Below, in pieces: positions 33,703 through 43,804 of a stretch of 54,578 nucleotides of DNA. Origin of the DNA: Deltaproteobacteria bacterium (GTDB lineage Bacteria; Myxococcota_A; Polyangia; DRWM01; JAAZOP01); contig JAFGHH010000322.1 in NCBI GenBank assembly GCA_016930215.1, positions 1 to 54,578 of the forward strand, read 5' to 3'. A program made the translations under genes and the position numbers. Under the pieces are notes generated by a model. The model was not told the DNA's origin. It saw only the letters and a program-made list of their open reading frames with translations, and searched no databases. Position 1 is the first letter of the stretch, and the number at the start of each line of letters is the position of its first letter.

Positions 33703-36024
33703 TCAAGGGTCGGCGTCGAGGATCCTGCGGACCCGGGTGCGCAACTCGGTCGGCCCGAACGGCTTGGACACGAACGGAACGCCGGAACTGCCCGTGCCGT
33801 CGTGGAACGCGGCGTCGTCGGCGTGGCCGGACATGAACAGGACCCGCAGCGCCGGGCGAGCGGCGATCAGCCGTTCGGCAAGCTGCCGACCGCCGAGCTC
33901 GGGCATGACCACGTCGGTGAGCAGCAGGTGGATCGCGTCGGGGTGCTCCGCGGCCAGTTGGAGCGCCTGGCGGCCGTCGGCGGCGAGCAGGACGCGATAG
34001 CCTGCGCTGCGCAGGACGTTCGCCGCGAGATTGCGGACCTGCTCGTCGTCCTCGGCGACCAGCACCGTCTCGGTGCCGCCGGGCGGGCTCTCGGCCGCCG
34101 CCGGGCGGTCCGATTCGTCCCGCGGCTGGTCCTCGGCGACCGGCAGGTAGACCTCGACGGTCGTTCCGCGTCCGACCGCGCTGCGCACCGCGAGTCCGCC
34201 GCCGCTCTGGGCCACGATGCCGTAGACCGTGGGCATTCCGAGGCCGGTGCCGCGGCCGGCGACCTTGGTCGTGAAGAACGGCTCGAACAGGTGCGCCAGC
34301 GTCTCCTCGCTCATCCCGCAGCCGTCGTCCTCGACGGTCAGCCGGATGTACGGGCCCGGGGGCAGCGTGGCGAGCGCGGGGGGCGGCGGGGAGCCGAGCT
34401 CCAGCCCGGCGGTGGCGATGGTGAGATGGCCGCCATCGGGCATGGCGTCGCGCGCGTTGACGGCCAGGTTCACCAGCACCTGTTCGATCTGCCCTGGATC
34501 GGCGTGGACCGCGCCCAGCTCGGGGGCCAGGTCGAGCTGCAGCAGGATGTCCTCGCCGAGGAGCCGGCACAGCAGCTTCTGGACGTCGACGACCAGGCGA
34601 TTGAGGTCGAAGGTCACGGGGTTCAGGACCTGGCGACGGCTGAAGGCGAGCAGCTGGCGGGTCAGCCCGGTGGCGCGCCGGGCGGCGTGGCGGATCTGCT
34701 CCAGGTCCTCGCGCGACGGGTCGTCCTCGCGGAGCCGCTCGAGGGCGAGGGCGGAGCAGCTCTGGACCACCGTGAGGATGTTGTTGAAGTCGTGTGCCAA
34801 GCCCCCGGCCAGCCGGCCGACCGCCTCCATCTTCTGCGCGTGCAGCAGCTGCTGCTCCAGCCGTCGCCGCTGCTCCTCGGCCTGGCGGCGCTCCGTGACG
34901 TCACGCGCCGCCGCGTAGATCACCTTGCCCTGGGACAGCCAACGCCACTCGATCCAACGATACGAGCCGTCCCGGCAGCGGCAGCGGTTCTCGAAGCTCA
35001 GGACCGACTGCTGCCGCTCGAACTGGACGACGCGCGCCACGGTCGCGGGGAGGTCGTCCGGGTGGACCAGGTCGAGGAACCGGCGTCCTTCCAGCTCCGC
35101 CAGCGGATAGCCGAGCGTCCGCTCCCACTGGGGATTGAGCCGCCGGAAGCACCCGTCGGTGTCGGTGATGCAGAACAGGTCGAGGCTGCTCTCGAAATAG
35201 CGGTCCAGCTCCTCCGACTTGCGGCGCAGCTCCTCCGCCGCGCGCTGCCGCTCGCGGAGGTCGCTGGCGATGCTGAGCAGGGCGGGCCGGCCCATCCAGG
35301 TGGTCAGGCGGACCGACACCTCGAGCGGCAAGCTCGAGCCGTCCTTGCACCGGTGGCGCACCTCGAAGGTCGCGGTGCCCTGCTCGCGGAGCGCGCGCAT
35401 CCGGGCTTCGATCAGCGTCGCGCTCTCCGGCACGTCGATCTCGTGCAGCCGCAGCGCCAGGAACTCCTCGCGGGTGTAGCCGTGGAGCCGGAAGGTCATC
35501 TCGTTGGCGTAGAGGAAGCTGCCCTCGAAGTCGTGGACCGTGATCGAGCTGGGGGCGTGGTCGAGCAGCTCGGCCATCACCCGCATCCGCTCCGCCGCGC
35601 GGTGCTGCTCGCTGATGTCGGTCATCACGGCGATCGAGCCGCCGAAGCCGCCCGCGGCGTCGCGCAAGGGCGTCGCCGAGACGCGGCAGCGCAGCTCGCT
35701 CCCGTCGGCGCGACGGAAGCGGTGCTCGTACCGCTGGCCTTCGCCCCGTCGGCGCGCCTGCATCCGCTCGTGGTGCGCCGCCAGATCCTCGTCGAACATG
35801 AAGGACTCGACCGTGCGCCCGAGCAGCTCGGCGGGAGCCCCGTAGCCCAGCAGCTCGACCAGCCGCCGGTTGACGTAGACGGTCTCGTGGCGGGCGTTCA
35901 TCGCCCACACGCCGTCCTCCGTCATCTCGAGCAGCGTGGTGCCCAGCGCGGCGAGGGCAGAATCGCCCGGCGTGTGGCTTGGCGGTCGCTCGTCGTTCTC
36001 CGCGTCTGGCTCCAAGTGCCTCAA
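33703..36024 (-). CDS. PAS-domain hybrid sensor histidine kinase with C-terminal receiver
   Basis: 773-aa listed ORF. It has multiple PAS-like segments, the H-box HAQKMEAVGRLAGGLAHDFNN, ATPase boxes (NARDAMPDGG, DDGCGM, GTGLGM), and a receiver domain (VLVAEDDEQVR...TDVVMPELGG). Confidence 0.9.
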   Translation of the reverse strand: MRHLEPDAENDERPPSHTPGDSALAALGTTLLEMTEDGVWAMNARHETVYVNRRLVELLGYGAPAELLGRTVESFMFDEDLAAHHERMQARRRGEGQRYEHRFRRADGSELRCRVSATPLRDAAGGFGGSIAVMTDISEQHRAAERMRVMAELLDHAPSSITVHDFEGSFLYANEMTFRLHGYTREEFLALRLHEIDVPESATLIEARMRALREQGTATFEVRHRCKDGSSLPLEVSVRLTTWMGRPALLSIASDLRERQRAAEELRRKSEELDRYFESSLDLFCITDTDGCFRRLNPQWERTLGYPLAELEGRRFLDLVHPDDLPATVARVVQFERQQSVLSFENRCRCRDGSYRWIEWRWLSQGKVIYAAARDVTERRQAEEQRRRLEQQLLHAQKMEAVGRLAGGLAHDFNNILTVVQSCSALALERLREDDPSREDLEQIRHAARRATGLTRQLLAFSRRQVLNPVTFDLNRLVVDVQKLLCRLLGEDILLQLDLAPELGAVHADPGQIEQVLVNLAVNARDAMPDGGHLTIATAGLELGSPPPPALATLPPGPYIRLTVEDDGCGMSEETLAHLFEPFFTTKVAGRGTGLGMPTVYGIVAQSGGGLAVRSAVGRGTTVEVYLPVAEDQPRDESDRPAAAESPPGGTETVLVAEDDEQVRNLAANVLRSAGYRVLLAADGRQALQLAAEHPDAIHLLLTDVVMPELGGRQLAERLIAARPALRVLFMSGHADDAAFHDGTGSSGVPFVSKPFGPTELRTRVRRILDADP

Positions 36025-36192
36025 GAAACCCCCGACCGAGCCCGATTATCGGGCGTGCGGTGGACACGGTCAAGCGAGCGCGGCGCGTCGTTCGGCGCGC
36101 TTGCCGTTCGATCGGCCGCGTGCGATCATCGCAGGTCGATGGACGGTGGCGGGCCGGGTGGGGCGAGCCCGGCGGACTCGGCGGAGGGCTCG

Positions 36193-37302
36193 ATGACGAC
36201 GGAGGGGGAGCGGGACCCCGCGGCGCACGGCGACCAGACGCGGGTCCTGTACGTCGACGACGATCCGGACCTGGGCCGCGCCGTCCAGCGCGTGTTGGCG
36301 GCCGTCGGGATGCCGATCGACTTCGCCGAGGACGCCGAGCGGGGACTGGAGATGCTGGCGCGGTGTGAGTACGCCGTCGTCGCCTCGGACCTGCGGATGC
36401 CCGGGATGGACGGGATCGCGTTCCTCGAGCAGGTGCGACAGCTCTACCCCGACACGGTCTGCATCCTCGTCTCGGGACAGGCCGACGTCAACGCGGTGTC
36501 GCAGGTGATTCGGCGAGTCGGCGTGTTCCGGTTCCTGGTCAAGCCCTGGGACAACGAGGACCTGCGCTCGGCCGTGGCGCGGGCCTGCGAGCAGTTCGAG
36601 CTGAGGCGCCAGAACCGGTGGCTGGTCGAGGCGCTGGAGCGCAACAACGCCGAGCTGAGCCAGGTGAACCGGTCGCTCGAGGCCGAGGTGCACCGCCGGA
36701 CGGTCGACGTCCTGTTCGGACTGCTCAATGCGCTCGACCTGCGCGACACCGAGACCCAGGGCCACTCGCGGCGGGTCGCGTTGTACGCCCGCCGGCTGGC
36801 CGGGCAGCTCAAGCTGCCGCCGCCGGAGGTGCTGATCGTCGAGCGGGGGGCGCTGCTGCACGACCTGGGGAAGATCGGCGTTTCGGACACGATCCTGCTC
36901 AAGCCCGGCAAGCTGACCGAGGAGGAGTGGGTCGAGATGCGCCGGCACACCCTGTACGGGCACGAGATCCTCCGCTCGATGGACTTCCTGGGCGATGCGC
37001 GCCTGGTGGTACGCAGCCACCACGAGCGGTTCGACGGGACCGGCTACCCGGACGGCCTGAAGGGCGCGGCGATCCACATCGGCGCGCGGATCTTCGCCGT
37101 GATCGATACCTACGACGCGATGACCTCCGACCGCCCCTACCGCAAGGCGCTGCCGAACCGCGTGGCTCGCGAGGAGATCGTCAAGCAGCGCGGGCGCCAG
37201 TTCGATCCGGCGTGCGCCGACGCCTTCGTCGCCATCGCCGACGACGAGTTGGAGCGGATTCGCGCGCTCGTCGCCGAGTCGCCGCAGGCCGGTCTGGAGT
37301 AG
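36193..37302 (+). CDS. response regulator with HD-GYP domain (c-di-GMP phosphodiesterase type)
   Basis: ATG 36193 is preceded by GGAGGG; ATG 36139 is an alternative. The receiver domain is RVLYVDDDPDL...SDLRMPGMDG...KPW. The HD-GYP domain is HSRRVALYA, LLHDLGKIGV and HHERFDGTGYPDGL. Confidence 0.9.
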   Translation: MTTEGERDPAAHGDQTRVLYVDDDPDLGRAVQRVLAAVGMPIDFAEDAERGLEMLARCEYAVVASDLRMPGMDGIAFLEQVRQLYPDTVCILVSGQADVNAVSQVIRRVGVFRFLVKPWDNEDLRSAVARACEQFELRRQNRWLVEALERNNAELSQVNRSLEAEVHRRTVDVLFGLLNALDLRDTETQGHSRRVALYARRLAGQLKLPPPEVLIVERGALLHDLGKIGVSDTILLKPGKLTEEEWVEMRRHTLYGHEILRSMDFLGDARLVVRSHHERFDGTGYPDGLKGAAIHIGARIFAVIDTYDAMTSDRPYRKALPNRVAREEIVKQRGRQFDPACADAFVAIADDELERIRALVAESPQAGLE

Positions 37303-37436
37303 CCGTCCGGCCGTCCGCCGGCGGCCGGTCGGGCGCCGCTGCATCCCCGGCCACGACGACATCGCCGGCCACGGCTCTTGCCAGCGGCGGGACCCGGCGG
37401 CAGACTGCGGCGGTTCGAAGGAAGGAGGCGTGAGCG

Positions 37437-38426
37437 ATGCGGAAGTGGACCTGGTTCGTGCTGGTGGCGACGGCGGCCTGCGGGCCGCGGGCGCCGGCGG
37501 GCGGGGCGACGGAGCCGGTGGAGCCCGTGGAGCCGGTGGAACCGGCCGGTGGCGGCGACCCGGGCGCCGTGGAGCCCGACGTCGTCGAACCGACCGTCGA
37601 TGACGAGACGGCGTCGACGGATCCGTGCGCGACGCTGGGGCGCGTGATGTGCGAGCTGCAGGGGCTGGACGGCGAGCGGTGCACGGCGCTGCAGACGCAG
37701 GTGCTCGAGAAGGGGGCCGAGTACTGTTCGACGCGGCTGCCGGACATGCGGGCCCAGATCGAGATCGCCCGCGCCCTGCTGGCCGAGGAGGTTCCGCCCG
37801 GCCAGGAGATCCCGCTGCGCGCGACGTGCCCGGCGGCGGAGCAGGTTCCGGCGCCGACCACCCCCGACCCCGAGCAGGGCGATTTCACGCTCCAGGAGGC
37901 GCTGGCGGGGCTCGAGGGCGACGGGCCGCTGCGCGCGCGGATCGTCACCCGCGTCGGGATGCTCGACTGCGAGCTGTACCCGGACCGCGCCCCGCGGACC
38001 GTGGCGAACTTCGTCGGCCTGGCCCGCGGCCTGCGGCCGTTCTGGGACCCGTGCCTCAAGGAATGGCGGCGCGCGCCGTTCTACGACGGGCTGGTATTCC
38101 ACCGGGTGATCCCGGGCTTCATGATCCAGGGCGGCGACCAGCTCGGTACCGGCACCGGCGACGGGGGCTACAAGTTCGCCGACGAGTTTCATCCCACGCT
38201 GCGCCACGACGGACCCGGCGTGCTGTCGATGGCCAACTCCGGCCCCGGCACCAACGGCACCCAGTTCTTCGTCACCGAAGGCGCCACCGGCTGGCTCGAC
38301 GACAAGCACTCGGTGTTCGGCCGGTGCCGCAACGCCGGCGTCGTGGCCCGCATGGGCCGCGAGCCGCGCGACGACGACGACCGGCCGCGGACCCCCGTGG
38401 CGATGCGCGTCGAGATCTACCGGTAG
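37437..38426 (+). CDS. cyclophilin-type peptidyl-prolyl cis-trans isomerase lipoprotein
   Basis: 329-aa listed ORF. MRKWTWFVLVATAAC is the lipobox. An EPVEPVEPVEP linker follows. Cyclophilin motifs are FHRVIPGFMIQGGD and SMANSGPGTNGTQFF. Confidence 0.9.
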   Translation: MRKWTWFVLVATAACGPRAPAGGATEPVEPVEPVEPAGGGDPGAVEPDVVEPTVDDETASTDPCATLGRVMCELQGLDGERCTALQTQVLEKGAEYCSTRLPDMRAQIEIARALLAEEVPPGQEIPLRATCPAAEQVPAPTTPDPEQGDFTLQEALAGLEGDGPLRARIVTRVGMLDCELYPDRAPRTVANFVGLARGLRPFWDPCLKEWRRAPFYDGLVFHRVIPGFMIQGGDQLGTGTGDGGYKFADEFHPTLRHDGPGVLSMANSGPGTNGTQFFVTEGATGWLDDKHSVFGRCRNAGVVARMGREPRDDDDRPRTPVAMRVEIYR

Positions 38427-38463
38427 GGCGCGGGGACGGGGCAGAGGGTCCGCGTGCGGGCGG

Positions 38464-39213
38464 TCAGCGGCTCCGCGACCGGCGCGCCGCAGACTTCGAC
38501 GGCCGCTTGGAGCCGCGGCCGGGCGATCCGGCGGCTCGCGGGGCTTCGGCGGTGACCCCGCCGGACGACCGCTCGGGCAGCGGTAGCTCCGCGGCCAGCG
38601 CCTCGAGAAACGCCCGCATCGCGGCGACGCGCGGGCGCGCCAGCCCGCGGGCCGTCGCGGTGTGCAGGCGGGGTTCCAGGCGCAGCAGCTTGCGGAGGAA
38701 ATGGTCGACGGCCCAGCGGCGGTCGTCGGGCTCCCGCGCGCGGCAGAACGGGTCCTCGGGGTGGACCAGCGGCCGCCCCAGCTCGCCCGTCGTGGCGAAG
38801 CAGCGGGCGATGCCGACGGCACCCATCGCGTCGAGCCGGTCGGCGTCCTGCAGCACGGCGGCGACGCGCGAGCCCGGCGCGACGCCCTTGGAGAACGAGT
38901 GGTCGCGGATCGCGCCCACGATCGTCCCGACGTCGTCCCGGGCCACCTGGTGCTGGAGCAGCAGGTTCTCCGCCTCGGCGGCGGCGAGGTTCCCCGCCCG
39001 GGCGCGTTCCGGACGGTCCTTCGGCACGTGGACCAGCTCGTGCAGCAGCGCGGCGGCCACGGCGAGGTCGGTGCGGACGCCCTCGGCCGCCGCGATCCGC
39101 TCGGCCAGCGCCGCCACGCGGCGCACGTGGCCGTCGTCGTGTGCCGGGCCGTTGCGGGCCGCGCGGGCCAGGCCGACGGTGCGGAGCCGCTCGAGCGTGG
39201 CGTCGTCGATCAC
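38464..39213 (-). CDS. HD-superfamily phosphohydrolase
   Basis: GTG 39213 is preceded by GAGGAGG at 7-nt spacing; the listed ORF extends to GTG 39306. Motifs are HDDGHVRRV, AAALLHELVHV and LQDADRLDAMGAVG. Confidence 0.75.
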   Translation of the reverse strand: MIDDATLERLRTVGLARAARNGPAHDDGHVRRVAALAERIAAAEGVRTDLAVAAALLHELVHVPKDRPERARAGNLAAAEAENLLLQHQVARDDVGTIVGAIRDHSFSKGVAPGSRVAAVLQDADRLDAMGAVGIARCFATTGELGRPLVHPEDPFCRAREPDDRRWAVDHFLRKLLRLEPRLHTATARGLARPRVAAMRAFLEALAAELPLPERSSGGVTAEAPRAAGSPGRGSKRPSKSAARRSRSR

Positions 39214-39245
39214 GGTCGGACCTCCTCGTCTGCCTGCATACCACA

Positions 39246-39258
39246 CCCCAACGTGGTC
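39246..39258 (-). repeat. GACCACGTTGGGG motif, copy 3 (inverted relative to copies 1 and 2)
   Basis: This is an exact 13-mer match to 13542..13554, read on the minus strand. It lies in the HD/lipase intergenic region, or in an N-terminal extension of the HD gene if that gene starts at 39306. Confidence 0.9.
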
Positions 39259-39486
39259 GTGGCCGTGGTCGTCTTCGTGGACGGGCGGGCCTCCGGCCTC
39301 CCGCACTCCCCGACGACGTCTACGACGACGACCGCGACCAGGTTCGGGGGCCGGGGAGAGCGCAGGTGGTCGAGCGCGAGCGTGAGCGCGTCCACGAGCA
39401 CGACGACGACCGCGAGGACGAGGAAGGGGGGAGTTGCCAGGCGGGAGGGTGGTGACCTACGGTCGACCGCTGGAAGGGGAGGGCGG

Positions 39487-40665
39487 ATGCGGCACGCGGT
39501 GTTCCTGGTGCCGGGTTTTTTCGGTTTCGCGCGGCTCGGCGGGATCCGCTACTTCCGTCACGTGCGCCAGCAGCTCGAGGCGGCGTTCGCTCTGGTGGGG
39601 CACGAGGTCGAGGTGTTCGCGGTGCACACGCTGCCGACGGCTTCGATCCGGCGGCGCGCGCGGCTGCTGGTCGACGCGATGGTCGAGGCGAAGGTCGAGC
39701 GGTTCGAGCGGGTGCACGTGATCGGCCACAGCACCGGCGGCCTCGACGCCCGGCTGCTCGTCACGCCGGGCGTCGCCCTCGGACGCGACGTCGACCATTT
39801 CGAGGACGCGGTCCATTCGGTCGTGACGATCTCGGCGCCGCACCACGGCACGCCGATCGCGGCGTTCTTCACGCAGGTGGCGGGGAAGCACCTGCTGTGG
39901 GCCCTGACGCTGGTGCTGATCGTCAGCCTGGGCGGCGTCGGCGGCCGGTCGCTCGCCTGGGCCGGTCGGCTGCTCGGCTGGCTCACGCAGCTCGACGACC
40001 TGCTGGGCCTCGACGACACCGTGGCCGACTACTTCGCGGAAAAACTGCTGGCGGACTTCACGCCCGAGCGGCGCGAGGAGGTGCGGAGCTTCCTGGAGGA
40101 GGTCGAGCGGGACCGCGGCTCGCTGCTGCAGCTCACCCCCGAGGCGATGGACATCTTCAACGCCGCGGTCGCCGACCATCCGCGGGTCCGCTACTGGTCG
40201 TACCTGACGGCGGCGCCGCGGCCGGGGCCGCGGGTCGTGCGGGCCCACCTCTTCCGGCCGAAGTTCTACGCCTCGTACCCGGTTTTTTCGGCGATGCACG
40301 CGCTGGCCCGCGGCGGCTCGGAGCTGTATCCGCTGCCCGAGCTGCCGGAGGCGCTTGCGCCCGCGGCGGTGCGGGCGTTCGGCGGCATCCCCGACGGGCG
40401 CGACAACGACGGCGTGGTGCCCGTCCTGTCGCAGCCGTGGGGCGAGGTCGCCGGGCTGGTGCGCGCCGACCACCTCGACGTGTGCGGCCACTTCGCCGGC
40501 GGCGCGTCGGGGCGCAAGCACACCGACTGGCTCTCCTCGGGGGCCGATTTCGGCTGGGACGACTTCGTGGCGCTGTACCGCGACGTCGCCGGCCGGCTGC
40601 TCGGCACGCCGCTGCCGGCCCCGCCCAGCTCGCGCGTGATCGCGCTGCCCTGGAAGACGACGTGA
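39487..40665 (+). CDS. alpha/beta hydrolase, lipase-like
   Basis: ATG 39487 lies within listed ORF 38662..40665. Motifs are FLVPGFFGF, the nucleophile elbow GHSTGG, and DNDGVVP. Confidence 0.75.
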   Translation: MRHAVFLVPGFFGFARLGGIRYFRHVRQQLEAAFALVGHEVEVFAVHTLPTASIRRRARLLVDAMVEAKVERFERVHVIGHSTGGLDARLLVTPGVALGRDVDHFEDAVHSVVTISAPHHGTPIAAFFTQVAGKHLLWALTLVLIVSLGGVGGRSLAWAGRLLGWLTQLDDLLGLDDTVADYFAEKLLADFTPERREEVRSFLEEVERDRGSLLQLTPEAMDIFNAAVADHPRVRYWSYLTAAPRPGPRVVRAHLFRPKFYASYPVFSAMHALARGGSELYPLPELPEALAPAAVRAFGGIPDGRDNDGVVPVLSQPWGEVAGLVRADHLDVCGHFAGGASGRKHTDWLSSGADFGWDDFVALYRDVAGRLLGTPLPAPPSSRVIALPWKTT

Positions 40666-40752
40666 GCCGCCGGGCGGGCCGGCCGGTACTGGAGGTGCGT
40701 CGGCGGCCGCGGCGTTGACGCGGACGGGCCGTCGCGAGGAGCAGCGGGAGGT

Positions 40753-41397
40753 TTGCGGAGCGCCGTGCCGGAGGACGACGGAACGCGACGCGCGGGACTG
40801 CGCGTCGTGCGCCCCGACGCACGCGCGGACGAGGCGTCCCTCGCGGCGCTGCGGCGGCGCGACCCCGCGGCGGTCGGCGCGCTGTTCGACCGGCATGCGC
40901 GGCGAATCGAACGGCTGCTCTTGAGCGTGCTGGGCCCCGACCCCGACCTGCCCGACCTGGTGCAGCAGACGTTCCTCGGGGTGTTGTCGTCGCTCCCGTC
41001 GTTCCGCGGCGACGCCGCGTCGTTCGTGCCGTGGCTGAACCGCATCTGCGTGTTCACGGCGCGCAAGCACATCCGCCAGCGACGGGCGCGGCGCTGGCTG
41101 CGCTTCGGGGCGCCGGAGGAACTGCCCGAGCTGCCGGCCTCGGCCGCGGGGCCGGAGCTGCGCGCGGCGGCGGCGCGGGCCTATCGGCTGCTCGACCGGC
41201 TGCCGACCGAGGAGCGTCTCGCCTTCGGCCTGCGCTTCGTCGAGCAGCTCGAGCTGGCCGAGGTGGCGGAGGTGATGGACGTGTCGCTGGCGACGGTCAA
41301 GCGGCGGCTCGCCGCGGCGCGGGCGCGGTTCACGGCGCGGGCGCGGCACGACCCGCTGCTGCGGCCGTGGCTGGACGAGGAGACCGATGGAACCTGA
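40753..41397 (+). CDS. ECF (sigma-70 family) RNA polymerase sigma factor
   Basis: 214-aa listed ORF; the TTG start is uncertain. Region 2 is LFDRHARRIERLLLSVLG...LVQQTFLGV. The region 4 HTH is LELAEVAEVMDVSLATVKRRLAAARARF. Confidence 0.85.
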   Translation: MRSAVPEDDGTRRAGLRVVRPDARADEASLAALRRRDPAAVGALFDRHARRIERLLLSVLGPDPDLPDLVQQTFLGVLSSLPSFRGDAASFVPWLNRICVFTARKHIRQRRARRWLRFGAPEELPELPASAAGPELRAAAARAYRLLDRLPTEERLAFGLRFVEQLELAEVAEVMDVSLATVKRRLAAARARFTARARHDPLLRPWLDEETDGT

Positions 41398-42715
41398 TCC
41401 CCGCGGAGTCGAACGGCTCGGGGCCGAGCTGGGGCGCGCCCACGACGCCCTGCTCGCGGACCGGTCGGCGGCCGAACGGGCAGCGGCCCGCCGGAGGGTC
41501 GTCGCCGCCGCGACCGCGCAGCCGTCGCGTTCACCCTGGACGACGGCGCTCGTGGCCTCGTCGGCGCTGGCGGCCGCCGCGGCCGTGGCCGCCGTCGTCT
41601 GGTGGGCCTGGCCGGCCTCGGAGAAGCAGGCCGGCCCGCCGCCGGTCCCGCACACCGCCGAACGCTGGCTGGCGGCACCGGCCGACGCGCCGCTGGAGGT
41701 GACGCTTGCCGACGAGACCCGACTGACCGTGGCGGCCGGCGGACGGATCCGCGTCGCGGAGCCGACGGCGGAGGAACAGCGGATCGTGCTCGAGGCGGGT
41801 GCGCTGCGGACGAGGATGCCGAAGGACCGGGGCGGGCGCTGGCGCGTGGCGGCCGGGCCGTTCGAGGTGCGGGTGACCGGCACCGAGTTCACCGTCGGCT
41901 GGGAGCCCGAGGTCGAGTGGTTCTCGGTCGAGCTGCACGAGGGTTCGGTGCGGGTGGTCGGTCCGCTGCTCGCCGACGGGCGGGAGGTGACGGCCGGGCA
42001 GACGCTGCGGGTGTTCGGGCGCGAGCGGTTGGAGCTGACGGAGCGCACCGCGGCGGTCGAGCCGCCGGTGGAGCGGCCGCACTTGCCTTCGCCGCCGCCC
42101 GAGCGGCCGACGGTCGAGCCGCCTTCCGTGGGGTCGCCGCCGGTCGTCGAGCCGCCGGCGGCCGTGGTCCCCGAGCCGGAGCCGCCGCCGCCGCCGCCGC
42201 CGCCGGCGGTGTCGCCGTCGTCGCCGGTCGCGGTCTCGCCCGTCCCGGCGGCGGCGGACTGGGAGGAGCTGGCGCGCGCGCGGCAGTACGCGGAGGCGCT
42301 GGCCGCGGCCCGCGCGGCGGGGCTCGAACGGCTGTGCGAATCGCTGCCCGCCTCCGGCCTGGCGCGGCTGGCCGACGTCGCGCGCTTCGCCCGGGACTCC
42401 GACGCGGCGACCGGGACGCTCGACTGCCTGCGCCGGCGATTTCCCGGAACTCCGGCCGCCGCCGAGGCGGCCTTCACCTACGGGCGCGTCGTGGCCGACG
42501 TGCGCGGCAACGCGGTGGCGGCGACGGCCTGGTTCGAGACCTACCTGCGGGAGGCGCCGGACGGCGCGCTGGCCCGCGAGGCGCTCGGCCGGCTGCTCGA
42601 GATGTACGACCGGCTCGGCAACGCGGCGGCGGCGCGACGCACGGCGGTCCGGTACCTGGAGCGGTTCCCGGACGGTGCCCACGCGGCGCTTGCGCGGCGG
42701 CTCGTGGCACCCTAG
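41387..42715 (+). CDS. FecR-like anti-sigma factor with Pro-rich linker and C-terminal helical repeats
   Basis: 442-aa listed ORF overlapping the sigma gene by 11 nt. It has a TM segment (ALVASSALAAAAAVAAVVWW) and a FecR-like region (RWRVAAGPFEVRVTGTEFTV...VELHEGSVRV). Confidence 0.75.
   Translation: MEPDPRGVERLGAELGRAHDALLADRSAAERAAARRRVVAAATAQPSRSPWTTALVASSALAAAAAVAAVVWWAWPASEKQAGPPPVPHTAERWLAAPADAPLEVTLADETRLTVAAGGRIRVAEPTAEEQRIVLEAGALRTRMPKDRGGRWRVAAGPFEVRVTGTEFTVGWEPEVEWFSVELHEGSVRVVGPLLADGREVTAGQTLRVFGRERLELTERTAAVEPPVERPHLPSPPPERPTVEPPSVGSPPVVEPPAAVVPEPEPPPPPPPPAVSPSSPVAVSPVPAAADWEELARARQYAEALAAARAAGLERLCESLPASGLARLADVARFARDSDAATGTLDCLRRRFPGTPAAAEAAFTYGRVVADVRGNAVAATAWFETYLREAPDGALAREALGRLLEMYDRLGNAAAARRTAVRYLERFPDGAHAALARRLVAP
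42181..42204. repeat. (GCC)8 trinucleotide repeat, read in-frame as CCG codons (Pro8)
   Basis: Read directly from the sequence. It lies within the Pro-rich linker of the anti-sigma factor gene. Confidence 0.9.
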
Positions 42716-42744
42716 CGTCGACGCCGCGGGAGCGGCGGGAGCGG

Positions 42745-43752
42745 ATGCGGACGATCGTCGTCGCGGGATGGTTGGCGGTCACGGCGTGGACGGGCCTGGC
42801 TCGTCCGGCGGCGGCCCAGTCCGCCGGGGTGCTGGTGATCGGGCCCGCGGAATCACCGGTGGTCGCGCAGCTGCAGGACGAGCTGGTGGCGGCGGGCTGG
42901 GAGGTGCGGGCGATCGCGCTCGACGCCGCGCCGGCCGACGAGTCGCTCGACCGGATGACGCGGATGCGTCGGGCGACGGCGGTCGTCGTGGCGACGGATC
43001 CGTCCGCCGCGATCCGGATCCGGATCCTCGACCCGGCGGGCGGAGCGTCCGACGAGCGGTCGGTGACGGTTCCGGACGGGGACGTCGAGGATGCGGTGCG
43101 GTTGACGGCGATTCAGGTCGTCGAGGCGCTGCGGGCGAGCCGGCCGCGGGCGGTCGAAGCCGCCGCGGGGCGGGTCGAGCCGCCGGTGGAACCGCCGGAG
43201 GCGGCGCCGGAGGAGCCGCCGCCGCCCGAGCCGAAGGCGCACTGGTGGGCGACGGCCGGGCCGGGGTTCGTCTGGTCGACCGGTGGCGTGGATGCGGTGG
43301 CGACGTTCGACGTCGGGCTGCGCTGGCACTGTTGGGAGTACCTGACGGTCGCCGCGGCGTTCGCCGCGCCGCTCGGGACGCCGACGGTCACGGCCGCGGA
43401 GGGTTCGGCCGACCTGCAGCCGTGGCGCGCGTACGCCGACCTGCGGTGGCTGCCGCTGGCGGGTCGCGGGTGGTTCCAGCCCGACTTCGGCGTCGGGCTG
43501 GGCGCGGCGTTCGTGCTGATGAGCGGGACCGCGGAGGGGCCGTACGTCGGGGCCGAGGACCTGGTGACGACGTTCGTGGCGCACGTGGTCGCGGGGTTGG
43601 AGTACCGGGCGCTGGACTGGCTGGCGCTGCGGCTCGACGGGTGGGTCGGGATGACGGTGCCGGGGGTCGGCGTGCGGTTCGGCGACCGGCGGGTGGCCGA
43701 ATGGGGCTGGCCGCTGCTCGGAGTGACCCTGGCGGCGGCGGTGGGGTGGTGA
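42745..43752 (+). CDS. secreted protein, possible outer-membrane beta-barrel
   Basis: ATG 42745 lies within listed ORF 41602..43752. The signal peptide is MRTIVVAGWLAVTAWTGLARPAAAQ. The C-terminal half is Gly/aromatic-rich with alternating hydrophobic residues and ends in W. Confidence 0.6.
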   Translation: MRTIVVAGWLAVTAWTGLARPAAAQSAGVLVIGPAESPVVAQLQDELVAAGWEVRAIALDAAPADESLDRMTRMRRATAVVVATDPSAAIRIRILDPAGGASDERSVTVPDGDVEDAVRLTAIQVVEALRASRPRAVEAAAGRVEPPVEPPEAAPEEPPPPEPKAHWWATAGPGFVWSTGGVDAVATFDVGLRWHCWEYLTVAAAFAAPLGTPTVTAAEGSADLQPWRAYADLRWLPLAGRGWFQPDFGVGLGAAFVLMSGTAEGPYVGAEDLVTTFVAHVVAGLEYRALDWLALRLDGWVGMTVPGVGVRFGDRRVAEWGWPLLGVTLAAAVGW

Positions 43753-43804
43753 GGCGGGCCGCGCGGCGTGAGCCGCGGGACCGGGGTGACGGTACTGGTG
43801 GGGC

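Noticed and set aside
39214-39306. N-terminal His-rich extension (VREAGGPPVHEDDHGHDHVGVWYAGRRGGPT) of the HD hydrolase.
   Set aside because: GTG 39213 has a strong GAGGAGG at ideal spacing, whereas GTG 39306 has none. The extension cannot be excluded and is discussed under the repeated DDHVG module.
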